A stretch of DNA of 64,000 nt from Octopus sinensis (GCF_006345805.1 NC_043001.1:54932001-54996000); one strand, 5' to 3'. Positions 13,801 to 26,045 are shown, counted from the stretch's first letter. The notes: generated by a model not told the origin, from the letters alone. Numbers and translations: made by a program.

Positions 13801-14395
13801 TCATCTATATGTTTCTCATCAAGTAAGCTACCACTGCTCCTTTCCTGTGCTACGAGATTATTCTTATTAGTAAGAACTGTATTTTCATCGTTATCTCTGC
13901 TGCTATTTTCCAAGACCCGTCTTTTGACAGCTTCGAGCTCTGCTTCTGTGAACCAACGATTTTTCTTATTGCCCCAGCTTGATTACATAGTCTCTGTTCC
14001 GTGAGTTGAAACAATCCCTTTTCTCTCCAATGATCATATATACGTTGTTGGTAACCCCTGATTTGAGCACCATTTTCATCTACCGGGTTGCTCAGGTAGT
14101 AACACTCCATGACCACAGCATTAATCTGCTTGCTCCATCTATGCCGTGTGTGGTGGTCCCTTTCTGGATATCGACAGGCTGGAGCCGGACCAGAATCTCT
14201 GAGCCTACCGGGTGCAACATTGTTATCATCATTGGCTTCAGTTTCATTACCACCGTTATTCACAATATTTTGTTTTTTCATTGTCCCTCATACGAGGAAG
14301 CGATTATCAGGTTGCGCTATTACCAGTGTTTTTATTGTGACATCATCACTAGTTTTATCATTAATCAGGCCATGGGGAGACTCCATCCATTTCCT
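10808..14395 (-). mobile_element. Near full-length but disrupted R4/Dong-clade retrotransposon (RT, CCHC, restriction-like endonuclease)
   Basis: ORF pieces 13850-14281, 13458-13913, 12486-12869, 12052-12501, 11534-12064, 11208-11537, 10965-11201. Motifs: N-terminal RWSKQIN..VMECYY; [39 protein letters not shown] (a catalytic Asp is lost); CRICG..ETVWQITSKC knuckle; PDIV...IIDIACP endonuclease. Bounded by TAA-type repeats. Confidence 0.95.
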
Positions 14396-14969
14396 TTATT
14401 TATTATTATTACTATTATTATCATCACTGATTTCACTGATATTATTGTTTTTATGTGTAGCAGCAGTAGTGGTGGCAGCAACAGCAACAGTAGCAGGGTG
14501 GGGTAGTGGTAAGGGTGGTAGTTGGGCCTCAGATTCCTGTGCTGTCAGAGTAGTAGTAGTCGTAGTATTATCAGCTGCAGCATATTATTATTATTTTTAT
14601 TTTCATCATCATCACCATCTCCACTATTATTGTTATTACCATTATTACTATTTCCATTTATTATTAAACGATTTCTTTAAATGTTCTTTATTTTCAACTT
14701 TTGTCTTGTATTTGAGATAATCATAAATATGTGGTTGTTGAATGAAATAGCTGGGTAGCAGCTTGGTGAATAGATCAAATTCTACAGGTCTATAAATAGA
14801 TTCGGCAAATGGTGGGGGAGGTCAGCCATAGAGACAAAAGAATCTTCGATCCCTTTGGGTCAGCAGAGGTCAAATGTGTTTACTACTACCAGTGACCACT
14901 GAGAGCGCTGCCTTTTGGCCTTGAAAGAAGCAATTTAACCTGTTCTATTTGTAATTACTGGAAGAAAAA

Positions 14970-14976
14970 AACAATA

Positions 14977-15009
<33 letters not shown>

Positions 15010-15039
15010 TGTATGTATGTATGTATGTATGTATGTATG

Positions 15040-15125
<86 letters not shown>
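14970..15125. repeat. (TATG)n/(TA)n microsatellite
   Basis: Directly visible. Confidence 0.95.
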
Positions 15126-15126
<1 letters not shown>

Positions 15127-15510
15127 TGATATTCACGTCGTTGAATTTTTGAATTTCTGAATTCAATTGTGTTGTTGCAATACAACGTATGCTTACATAT
15201 TTGGGTAATATATTAAAGTTTTTAAGTTTTCTTGAAATGTTTGTTTGTCTGTCCAGTTGGAGAATACAGTAGTACTTTTGCAATGAAAAGATGTTTAATC
15301 AAGGCGAGACAAAAAGAAAACGAGTTGTAGACAGTAAAGTTTTAAGATTTACTAAATATGGTCTTTTGTATGACCGCACAGAGAGAAATGGTAGTGCTCT
15401 TAGAATAAAAAGGAGGATGATGTTTATATTTTCGAATACTCAGGGAGAAAGGAAAGGATAGGTATTCACAGCAGTTGTAGATATTAGAGGTATTATTATT
15501 ATTATTATTA

Positions 15511-15550
<40 letters not shown>

Positions 15551-15568
15551 GTTGTTGTTGTTGTTGTT

Positions 15569-15607
<39 letters not shown>

Positions 15608-15616
15608 ATTGTTATT

Positions 15617-15834
15617 AAGGCAGCGAGCCGGCAGAATCGTTAGCACGCCGGGCGAAATGCTGATCGGTATTTCGTCCAATTTTACATTCTGAGTTCAAAT
15701 TCTGCCGGGGTTGACTTTGCTTTTTATCCTTTCGGGGTCGATGAAATAAGTATCAGTCGAGCACTGGGGTCGATCTAATCGACTAGTCCCCTCTCCTGAA
15801 ATTTCAGGCCTTGTGGTTATAGTAGAAAGGATTA
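15617..15834 (+). mobile_element. tRNA-derived SINE, family B, (ATT)n-ending tail
   Basis: Head GGCAGCGAGCCGGCAGAATCGTTAGCAC, B-box-like GAGTTCAAATTC, core CCTTTCGGGGTCGATGAAATAAGTA, tail ending GAAAGGATTATT. Confidence 0.9.
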
Positions 15835-15859
15835 TTATTATTATTAATTCTCTTCTTTT

Positions 15860-16130
15860 CAGCTGGGAAATGATGTTTCAACGGTTGGATGCGATTTAGA
15901 CTAGTCTTTAGCAACTCATTGTGCGTTGCCTCATGTAAGGTGAATTGCACTCAGCTCATCATCATCTATTCTACGCAAGGTTTTCTTTGGCCATCCAGGC
16001 TTTCGTTTGTCAGGGAGTGTTCATCATAATGTTACCCTTACTATCCCGTCCCGGTCCATTTTGAGTTCTTGACCTAGCTATCTGAGTCTCTTTTTGTTCA
16101 AAGACTACACTATTCAAACCATTCTGCGGT
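15860..16130 (-). mobile_element. RTE-type LINE 3' coding remnant
   Basis: Minus strand gives KMDRDGIVRVTL..TLPDKRKPGWPKKTLRR..DELSAIHLT*GNAQ*VAKD, matching the RTE C-terminal KRKxGRPxxTWRR...LTWxEA..xAxDR pattern. Confidence 0.7.
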
Positions 16131-16409
16131 ACAATTGATCACTCGACTCTTTGCTGAGCCAGAAGAGGAAGTAGATTTTTCTCAGAAAACATTTTTTGGA
16201 AAACATTAATCGTATTCATGCCACTTTTATGTTGCAAAAAGGAAAAGTTAGTGAGGACTTCTTTTGATAACAGTGTCTTTAGGATAACAATATCACATTA
16301 TCCAATGGGTTCATCTTTTGTGTTTTAAAACACGATAAAATGAAAAATAAGGGATATTTGGTTGCCGTTTCTTACGTAGTGGATCGACTGCATAGATGTG
16401 ATCCGACAA

Positions 16410-16699
16410 AGCCTCTACCAATACATAATAAATCTACTTCAAATCCCATCCTTTAGTAGATGGAAACTGAAAGAAGGCCGCCACATATATATATGTGTGT
16501 GTGCGTGTGTGTGTGTGTGGGGTGTATATGTATCTGTGACTGTGTCCCCTCACCATCGCTTGACACCGATATTGGTGCGTTCACGTCTCCGTAACCTAGC
16601 GTTTCGGTAAAAGAGACCGATAAAATAAGTCGATTTGTTCGACTAAAGGCGGTGCTCTAGCATGGCCGTAGTCAACTGACTGAAACAAATAAAAGAATA
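16410..16699 (+). mobile_element. Family A SINE, 5'-truncated with internal deletion
   Basis: GTAGATGGAAACTGAAAGAAG, then microsatellite, then conserved tail ending ACTGAAACAAATAAAAG. Confidence 0.85.
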
Positions 16700-16724
16700 T
16701 ATATATATATATATATATATGTAT

Positions 16725-16792
<68 letters not shown>

Positions 16793-16899
16793 GGAAAAGA
16801 GATGACAGAAAAAAACAATGGCTTTGAAGTTCATAACGATTGTTTTTCCTGAGTCATCTCCTTTTCTTATTCAAATATTCTTTTGCTTTGTAAGGGTTA

Positions 16900-17295
16900 T
16901 TTACCTAATATTTATGGTCTTCTAACGGTGTTTCTACATTTGAAAATAAATTATCATCTTATTTGTATCTTACAGTACACATTTCGACACTTATGAAAAA
17001 CAAATGTTTGTTTATAATTATATTCACGTAGCTGTACATTCAGCTTTATACCGTCTGAATAGCGGATTAATTTGTCAGTGGGCAGTTTAATTTAATGGTA
17101 AAGCACTTGATCGGAGTCTTCAAGAGATGTGGGTTCGGGTCCCACGGTTGTTTGTCAACAAATTTGTCTGCTTTATAAGGGTTAATATACCCAATATTTC
17201 TGATCTTCTAACGGCGTTTCTGCGTTTGAAAATAAATTATCATCTTATTTGTATCTTACAGGAAACATTTCAGCGCATATAAAAAACAAATGTTT
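16900..17295 (+). mobile_element. tRNA-like head (17080-17153) between two ~105-bp direct repeats; probable tandem SINE (family E)
   Basis: Direct repeats at ~16905-17010 and ~17191-17295. Between them: T-arm GTGGG-TTCGGGT-CCCAC, anticodon-like stem CTTGA/TCAAG and an A-box-like TTTAATGGTAAAGC; the acceptor stem is decayed. Confidence 0.6.
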
Positions 17296-17303
17296 ATATA
17301 TAT

Positions 17304-17380
<77 letters not shown>

Positions 17381-17563
17381 ATGAATAGAAATGGGTTTTC
17401 AGATAATTTTTCCACTTTAATAATTAAATGTCTATAAGTTGACAAGTATATAAACATCTAATTATTAAAGTGGAAAAGTTATCAGGAAAGCCATCTCTGT
17501 TAATTTTTTAAAAATATATAATACTGTGCCAAGGACTTTTTATTTCTTATTCTACTATATATA

Positions 17564-18700
17564 CAGGGGTTGGACAAAATAATGGAAACACCTCGCATCA
17601 TTGCATTATAATTTTGAAATATCTATAAAACCGTCAAAAGCTTGTTTATTTTTATGTTTTTTTTTGTTTATTATTTGTGTTGCTTAATATGTTTTGCTAA
17701 CGTTGCAGTTTCTTTTCAGATATCATCAGAAAAAGGTAATTAAAATTCATTAAAATGACAGGTCTATCGGACTTTCAAAGAGGTCAAATTACTTGTGTTC
17801 GTATGGCAGGCGCTAGCGTAACTAAAACAGCCGAAATGTTTGATGCATCAAGAAGTACTTCCCCGAAAGTAATGTAATAACAGCCTTTGAGAAAGAGGGA
17901 AGAACCTCCTCGTCGAAACGAAACTCTGGAAAAAAAAAGCCAAAACCTTCAGATAAGGACCGTCGGACTGTTACGCGAATTGTTAGAAAGGATCACAAAA
18001 GTACAGCTCACAAAATTACTGCAGAGCTTAATGACTACCTCGAGAACCCAGTTTCCACAAAAACTGTTCGCTAGGAGTTGCCAAAGCCGGATTTCACGGA
18101 AAGGCTGCAATCAGAAAACCACTACTTTCAAAAACAAACGTTCCAAAGCGTTTAGAGTGAAGTAAAAACCTACAGAATTGGTCCCTAGAGCAGTGGAAGA
18201 ATGTTATTTTCTCGGACGAGTCATCCTTTACCTTATTTCCGACCAACGCCCGAGTATACGTGTGGAGACAACCAAAAGGAGCATTTGATCCAGACTACCT
18301 TCTTCCAACTGTTAAACATGGAGCAAGATCTGTGATGATCTGAGGGGCTATATCTAGGAAATCCACCGGCCTAATGGTTTCCCTTTATGGCAGAATTAAT
18401 AGTCAAGACTATTTAAGCATTTTATCTGGTCAAATTCATCCCATGGTTGCGGAACTGTTTCCAGAGGGAAACTCAATCTTTCAGGATGATAATGCACCAA
18501 TTCACACATTTATGGTGCATTTTAGAAAAAAACAAGTAAGGAACCGATATCCTCCACCATCATCACAACAAGAACTGAAGACTGTTTTAGCTGAAGAATG
18601 GACAAAAATTCCTTTGGAAACAATTCAAACTTTGTACGAGTCCATACCTCGTAGAATTCAAGCTGTAATTACTGCCAAAGGCGGTCCTACCCCATATTAA
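17564..18700 (+). mobile_element. Tc1-family DNA transposon with pseudogenised transposase (17755-18700); left TIR only
   Basis: TA then CAGGGGTTGGACAAAATAATGGAAAC. Translation: MTGLSDFQRGQ...HTH region, VIFSDESSF (D1), FQDDNAPIH (D2), C-terminal SIPRRIQAVITAKGGPTPY*. Stops, frameshifts and a deletion remove the third catalytic residue region. Confidence 0.93.
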
Positions 18701-18779
18701 AATAATTTTGCATATAAAAATATGCATATATACATATATATATATGTACATACCTACATCTATATGTATATATACATGC

Positions 18780-19180
18780 AGATATGGGTACAGGGCGCCA
18801 AAAGAACGTTGAACACAATGAGAAATGAAAACATAAAAACAAATATGGAAACGAACATACAACACAAGGAATATTCCCCTTCTTCAGTTGTCCATGTTCC
18901 CTCTACTCCGCGTTTCAAAGGTAAGGACAAGACGCGACTTCATTGAAACAGTCCTTCCCGTAAAGCAAATTAAATAAAATTTGGAATTTTTTGCGGAGGG
19001 ATAAAAATGGTAACAAGAATAGGACAGTAAAAACAATACAAATAAAAACAGTAAAAGACAGGACAAGAAGAATAACACAGTAAAAACAAACGATGAGGGC
19101 TGTTAATATATATATATATAGTTATACTGAGAATGGCCATTTTCTTTTTTTTTTTTTTTTTGCTTTTTTGCCAATAAAGC
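18780..19180. mobile_element. Dispersed repeat resembling a Penelope-like terminal repeat
   Basis: Homologous to both arms of the 35.5-36.0 kb hairpin (ATGGGTACAGG...AATGAGAAA..AAAACATAAAAAC...GCGTTTC). The minus strand carries a GAAACGCG motif. Confidence 0.45.
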
Positions 19181-19367
19181 ACGCACTATATATTTGATCT
19201 TCACCTCAGTTTTCATTCGTATTATTTTTAGTTTATGTGTTTCTCAAAGTTCTTTTGTCACACATTCTGTGACTCCATTAGTGATTGTTTGTCCCAGTGA
19301 CTCTCTGTCCCAGTGTCTCCTCATGTCCTGCTTACTCCATTTTCAATTTTCGTGTGTGTGTGTGTGT

Positions 19368-19427
<60 letters not shown>

Positions 19428-19659
19428 CTGCGTGTGTGTGAGAGAGTATGTGCGTGTGGGTAATCAGGTAAATCTAACATTATCAAGACGTATTATTTGC
19501 TATAAAACAGGCTAATTTCTTGTTTGTCGTTCCATTCATATTTCTGCATTGTCACGTAGGTTCACGTTAAGTATGACATTTTGACCATAAATCTTTATTT
19601 GAGTGCACTGAAAAAAACTTTGTGAAAATAATTTTTCTATCTAATATATGGCCGTTTAT

Positions 19660-19717
<58 letters not shown>

Positions 19718-20344
19718 TATTCGTATGTATGTATGTATGTATGTATGTATGTATGTATGTATGTATGTGTGGTGTATGTATGTATGTGTGTATGTATGTG
19801 TGTATGTATGTATGTATGGATGGATGGATGTGTGTGCGTGTGAGAGAGAGTATGATTTATGAATCAGAATTTATAAATATGATTTCTAAACAGATTTGTT
19901 CGGTATCAAATCAAATCAACCACCCACATGATAAAGACGGTACCAACAAGGAAGCATGTACTCAGTCACTTGATCATTTTAGACAAAAAAAAAACATCCT
20001 AAAATAATATTCTAACATACTGGAAAAGAGGTATATATTAAGTAGTGTAATTTTGTGGGGAAATAATGGAAAGTCATTACGGGAACTGCTTTGATCATGA
20101 CTGTTTTCTGTTAGGGCTGATCTGGGGTCCAACAACAATGGAACATCAACAGTAAGAACGGAAAAACAAAATAGAAATGTATTTTAAATATGTAAAGTAA
20201 AATAGGGTGGGATGTCATGAGGAGAAGTAGATCTGATGTTTCGGAGCAGAGCCCTTTCACAAATTTCTTTAATGCTTTTGTCCTCGCAGACCATTACACA
20301 TTTCCTCCATTTCCTCGGATATTAAATTTTTGATGTTATTATTG

Positions 20345-21420
20345 CGGCGAGCAGGGAAAATTGTTAATGTGCCGGTCAAAATGCTTAGCGGCATTTCGCC
20401 CGTCTTTACATTCGGAGTTCAAAATCCGCCGAGGTCAACTTTGCCTTTCATCCTTTCAGAGTCAATAAAATAAGTAGCAGTTGAGCATAGTATGTATAGA
20501 TGGTATGGTATGTCGGACATCATATGTATAGCTGGTAAGATTATTATGCTTTTGATTAATTTTTTATGAACATGCTTCATCGTCTGCTTTATTGATAGAC
20601 ATTTTTTTCCAAGCATTCTTCCTTTGAAGTATAAAGAATTCACAGAATCGTTACACAGACGGGGATAAAATAATCACCTGTCAACTACTTCAGTTTAATT
20701 GACTGTTTCATTTCTTTCAAATATATAGCCATGTACCTATGTATTAAATGCATTTTCCGATGTAAGTAAAAGTCCATAGACTAGGAGAAAGGACAAGTCA
20801 GTTAAACCAGCACCGGAATTTGATTGGCACTTCATTTTATCGACTTCAAAGGATTGATGACAAAACTGATTTTGACGAGGTTTAAACAAATGCCATGAAG
20901 AATTTCACCTGATGTTTTAATGATACAGTCAATCCACTTCTCTCCCAATGTACAGAATATACATACGATGCATTGACTTTGGTATTTTAATTACCAAAGT
21001 CAAGGCGGTGAGCTGGCAGAATCGTTAGCATGAAGGACAAAATGCTCAGAAGCATTTCATCCGTCTATACCTTTTGAGTTCAAAATCCGCCGAGGTCGAC
21101 TGACTTTCATCTTTCGGGGTCGATAAAATAAGTATCAGTCAAGCACTGGAGTCAATGCAGTCGACCTACCCATTCCCCTAATGTTTCAGGACTTTTGCCT
21201 ATTACAGAAAGGATATTTTAATTGCTGGCGAGGTGGCAGAATTGTTAGCACGTGGGCAAAATGGTTAACAGTATTTTTGCCCATCTTTACGTTCTGAGTT
21301 CAAAATGCACCGAGGTCGATTTTGCCTTTCATCTTTTCGGGGTCGGATCACTGGGATCAATGCAATCGCCTACACCCCTTCCACCTCTCCAAAACTTCAA
21401 GGATGTGTCCCAGTAATAGA
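20345..21420. mobile_element. Cluster of family B SINEs (~20345-20490 +, ~20790-20900 -, ~21003-21215 +, ~21225-21420 +)
   Basis: Repeated GCTGGCAGAATCGTTAGCA heads and GAGTTCAAAATCCGCCGAGGTC...CGGGGTCGATAAAATAAGTA cores. Confidence 0.85.
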
Positions 21421-21619
21421 GAGGATATCTTAATTGTACTATCTTACCTCCTCAAAATAGAAACATGGTTCGAATTCATGCCTCGTATGATACTTTTTCT
21501 TTCTCAGATTGCTGCTTATAAATGACCCAATACCAAGAAACAGGAGAGAAGAGAGATTAGAAAGAAAAGGAAGAAAGGTAGGGTGGGGTAAAGCAGCGGA
21601 AGATGGAGGGAGAGGGGGC

Positions 21620-21915
21620 GACGGGCAACTTATCCCAGAACATCGCGTAATGACCGCGATGGTTTTACCGCGAAGAATGGCCAGTGACACTCGCTAGAAC
21701 AGCCATTCCATCTCGTAGGGCTAATTTCTCCGACGGGTCGCCGTTAATTACGTTTTACGGAGGAAATCGATAGTACGGGATCGTAGAACATCTGACGTCT
21801 CAATGGCAACCGGCATAAACTGATAACGGCCGGTCAAACCCCTGTATTTATTGATTTTTCTCTCCTCCTCGTTACGGGCGACGACACCCAAGTTTGCAAC
21901 AGATGCTGCCAGGTT
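21620..21915 (-). mobile_element. CRE-clade retrotransposon endonuclease C-terminal remnant
   Basis: Minus strand: VVARNEEERKINKYRGLTGRYQFMPVAIET...IDFLRK...EMEWLF*RVSLAILRGK, matching the CRE consensus-like A..AE..K..KY..L...Y.F.P.AVET.G...FL....WLFQR.S.AIQRGN. Confidence 0.75.
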
Positions 21916-22496
21916 GGGGTTTTTCTTCATTTTTTTTATTTCATGTTTCACTGACTAATAAACACTTCGATATTGCATGCAACTTCTTTACCCACATCTT
22001 GAATTACTTCTTGGCCTATTTCGTACCGTATTAAGTTACATGTTTACTCTACTGAGTTATTTACGCGTCAACGTGGGTGCTAAAGCTAAATGTTTCTAAA
22101 GTCAGTCCCCAGTATTTTAAAATAAGGCAAGAACTCATTGAATAATGTAATGTTTGTAACTTTAAAACGGTGAGATAGTCATGGCGGGAATGATTTAGTC
22201 ATATTCGATCTGTGATGACTTAATTTTAAAGTATGCTGCATAAAACCCCCATAATTGTAAGCTCCATTATTAGTATTATTGAGAGGCAAATGCTACGCGA
22301 TCACTTTCCGTTTAACTATTAATTTGCGAATGCATGGAAATGGCAGATGTCATGTGAACCACTGAAAAAAAAAAGGCAGTGGGAGTGAACTCTTGTATTT
22401 TCTCACGAAAATTTCATTATACTACTTTGTCAAGCACAATGTGTTTGTTAAAGAAGTTATAAAATTTCGTTCGCCAGTTGTTATTACTAACGTAAG

Positions 22497-22839
22497 GGCA
22501 GCGGAATGGCAGAATCGTTAGAGCAGAATTTGTTCTGACTATATACGTTCTGAGATCAAATCCTGTCGTGGCGAGTTTTATCTTTCATTCTTTCAGGATG
22601 AACAAAGTAAAGTAACAGTCAAGTACTGGGGTCGATGTAATTAAATAAAACCGTCTCTGCAAAATTTCTGGCACACCAGGCACAACTCTTTATGCTCTGA
22701 GTTCAAACGCCACTGATGTCAACTTTACCTTTCATCTTTTCGGAGTCAATAAAATAAAGCACTAGTTGAGCACTAGGGTCGATATAATCGACTGTCCCCT
22801 TCCTTCAAAGTTTCAGGCCGTGTGTCTATAGAAGAAAAG

Positions 22840-22842
<3 letters not shown>
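22497..22842 (+). mobile_element. Two tandem family B SINE remnants
   Basis: Heads/cores at ~22497-22670 and ~22690-22842; the second ends GAAAAGATTATT. Confidence 0.8.
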
Positions 22843-22917
<75 letters not shown>

Positions 22918-22935
22918 TTTATTATTATTATTATT

Positions 22936-23455
22936 GAGAGAGCAGTGCATACCACCAAAGTGACACTGGGGTAAAATATACGAAGCCCAGTATACCCATC
23001 ATGACTACCCGTCTGATAAGGGTACACCAAGCACATGCATCACAACCAAATGTGCGCAATATGGTGATCTCACATCAAGATAAACAGCGCATGACCTTGC
23101 AGGTGGGGTCTAGTTAGAATTTTCTTCTGGTCGAGTAACCCATCCCGCTCAAAAGGTCCCTGAATAAGGGTTGTTTAAGGATGTTGAACGAAACACCCAT
23201 GCTTCCAGGGGTGAATTATTCAAACCCCAAAGAATCCTTCTCAACACGTGGCTATGATGCTTCCCCACTACTGCTCGTGATCAGAGATGCACATATCGTC
23301 AGCCATTAAGGGACATGGTCAACTGGTTAAGGTCAAACAACTGACAAGCAAATCTGTGGTATTGAGAAGAATATTTGCTGTAGCCCATCTTTTATACCGA
23401 GACAAAACAATGTACATGATAACACTTCCAATCAGTTAAGATCAGAAGCTACGAG
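22936..23455 (-). mobile_element. Unclassified ~520-bp interspersed element embedded in TAA arrays
   Basis: Complex non-coding block with long (ATT)n on both sides; on the minus strand it runs directly into (TAA)n. It resembles a common octopus repeat from memory. No ORF recognised. Confidence 0.55.
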
Positions 23456-23475
23456 ATAAATCCTCCTCATCATCA

Positions 23476-23534
<59 letters not shown>

Positions 23535-23559
23535 GTCATCATCAATAAGGTAAAAAAGA

Positions 23560-23930
23560 AGCAGTGGTCGATTGGCAGAATTAGCAGTGCATCGGACAAA
23601 ATGCCTTTTAGTATTAGCTCCGGCTCTTTACATTCTAAATTCATTTCCCGTGGTTGTTAATTTTGCCTTCCGTTATTCTAAGGTGAAAAATGTACAGTAT
23701 CACTCAAGTATTGCGGTCGAAATAATTAACCGTTCCCTACTCCCACAATATCTGGTTTTCTGCTTATGTCAGAGATGATTATTGCTGAAGTAAAAGATGA
23801 CAGAATTGCAGAATGTCGAACAAAAAAAAAAATATATAGTCTCTTTACACTCTGAATTCGGAGCCGCGGTGGACTTAAACCCTTCCTCTTTCAGGGATCA
23901 GTGAATATTAATGAAATACTGGAATTGACG
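23560..23930 (+). mobile_element. Two old family B SINE remnants
   Basis: Decayed GGCAGAATT(G)...heads and TTCCTCTTTCAGGGATC-type cores. Confidence 0.65.
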
Positions 23931-23935
23931 TAAAA

Positions 23936-24259
23936 TGGCACACCGTTGACTATGACGACGAGGATTCCAGTTGATCCGATTAATGGAACAGCCTGTTCTT
24001 GAAATTAACGTGCAAGTGGCTGAGCGATCCACAGACACATGTACCCTTAATGTAGTTTTCAGGGAGATTCAGGATTACAGAGAATGTGACAAGGTCGACC
24101 CATTGAAATACAGGTACTACTAATTTTTACCAGCTGAATGGACTGGGGCAAAGTGAAATATTGTGTCTTGCCCAAGGACACAACGCACCACCGTGAATCG
24201 AACTCACGACCTTATGAGCATGAGCCGATTGCTCTAACCACTGTGCCACGCACCTTCAC
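23936..24259 (-). mobile_element. tRNA-derived SINE, family C
   Basis: Minus-strand head GTGAAGGTGCGTGGCACAGTGGTTAGAGCA...GAGTTCGATTC, core GTGTCCTTGGGCAAGACAC, tail shared with 47556-47710. Confidence 0.85.
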
Positions 24260-24854
24260 TGGATTTGATATCACCGACTACTTTCGTCATCCCCAACCCC
24301 AGTAAATTTTCTGGCGTTATCCTTTTACTAGAATTCGTTAGACTCGGTAGATTATCAGGCAAATATTATTTAATTCCATCTCTTTAGGTCTTGCACTGTT
24401 ACCCAAGAGATTGATTTTGTGGATTGTCCTTTAGGGAACGATGAAATGCAGTACATTTCATCAAGGGGACAGGCTTCAGTATGTGGTTGAAACAGTAGTT
24501 TGCAACCTGTGATTCAATACTCGGTTCCACCGCACCATCTTAGGTAAGTGTCATCCCCTGCAATCTAATATCGTAACTTCATGACTTCGATTGTGTGAAG
24601 TTTATGACGTTTATGATATTACCATGAGAACCAGAAAAGAAATCAAAGGCGTGAGCTTGAAGAAGCCGTTTTCGCACGTGTCCTTCTCAAAGGTTGTTAA
24701 ATGAAAGCACATAAGAGCACACGTTTCCTTTAAACATCTATTTCATATTTCAAATGAATAAATAAATAAGAGTATACAGACAAGAGATATTCAAAAGAAA
24801 ACCAGGCTTAGCTCACCTGTTGATTATCGGACACGAGTAACCTGAGTACTGGAA

Positions 24855-24869
24855 ATCGGAGCCTTTCAG

Positions 24870-24915
<46 letters not shown>

Positions 24916-24928
24916 CTGAAAGGCTCCG

Positions 24929-24930
<2 letters not shown>
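24855..24930. repeat. Perfect 76-bp DNA palindrome centred on (AT)n
   Basis: ATCGGAGCCTTTCAGCTATAA-(TA)n-TTATAGCTGAAAGGCTCCGAT pairs without mismatch. Confidence 0.95.
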
Positions 24931-25019
<89 letters not shown>

Positions 25020-25318
25020 CACGTATAGATATATTGCGAAAAAAAATCGTCAGAATTTTAGAAAAAAAATCTTTTATTTCTTCATTATTATTAGCGCTTT
25101 CGTTCGTTTCTCGAACTCGTCAAAGAAAATTTTGTGAATGTACAGTTTGTTCAGTTATAAAAAACAGATGTTTGGGGGTGGTTGTTTTTGTTTTTGTTTT
25201 TTTTTTGTTCTTTTGTTGGGGTCCATGACAATGGAGATGGATAGATAGAAATATAGGTAGATAGGCTGATAGATAGGTAGATCGACAGACTGACAGACAG
25301 ACAGACAGACAGACAGAC

Positions 25319-25397
<79 letters not shown>

Positions 25398-25824
25398 CAC
25401 ATAGGTAGAGGGAGAGAGAAAAGGGCGATCCCCCTCCTATTCATCATTCATTTATTCATTTATTTATTTAGTTATTTACCATTGTATTGGAATGGATTTA
25501 AGAATGATGACCTCTTAAAAAAAAACAGGTGCAGTGTCATCACTGGAAGTCTTTTTCCTTTCTTTCTCTCTTCTCCTTTCTTTTTTTTTTTTTTGCCGCT
25601 TTCGTTTTCTCCTCTTTTAGTTATATTTCGAATACAAAATGTACCATCTCTTTTCTTTTAAACATTCGATTTTCAAACAATTCTGACAACTTTTTTGTCA
25701 ATATTCAATTTCTGTACATTACACCTAACAATCTAGACACACACACACACACACACAAACACACATATATGAGTATATATGTATATATCAGCATTCAATA
25801 TAACCCACAACACCTTTGAGCAGA

Positions 25825-26045
25825 CAACCTTAGAGCGAACGAAATAGAGATCGTCATGTCAAAATGGTGTAAGAGATTTTGTTTCAACCAGCGTTAGCAA
25901 GTGAAAGGGTGCAAGGTAAAGAAGAAAACCAGCTGCAAATATACCGCCTACACTGACCTGTGACCCTCATACTTGCAACATCTGCTGGCTTCTTTGCAAA
26001 TCGTTGGCTCAAATATCACATTCGTCGTCAGCATTATGACTGACG
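25825..26045 (+). mobile_element. RTE-type LINE 3' remnant with C-terminal C2H2-like finger
   Basis: LERTK*RSSCQNGVRDF...RRKPAANIPPTLTCDPHTCNICxLLCKSL then (frameshift) KYHIRRQH; matches the RTE pattern DRxxWR...G...FE...KRxxRK...CxxC...SH. Confidence 0.75.

Noticed and set aside
14281-14400. HDV-like ribozyme at the 5' end of the R4 element (minus-strand TCCTCGT resembles the R2 ribozyme L3 loop)
   Set aside because: P3 pairs poorly, the GG of P1.1 is missing and I found no P2 partner. Worth retesting only on a family consensus.
14006-14720. Plus-strand ORFs of 166 and 203 aa
   Set aside because: They are antisense to the R4 ORF and run into simple repeats.
18900-18960. Hammerhead motif in the 18.8-kb Penelope-like repeat
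   Set aside because: Only GAAACGCG is present; there is no CUGANGA-like core or valid cleavage triplet.
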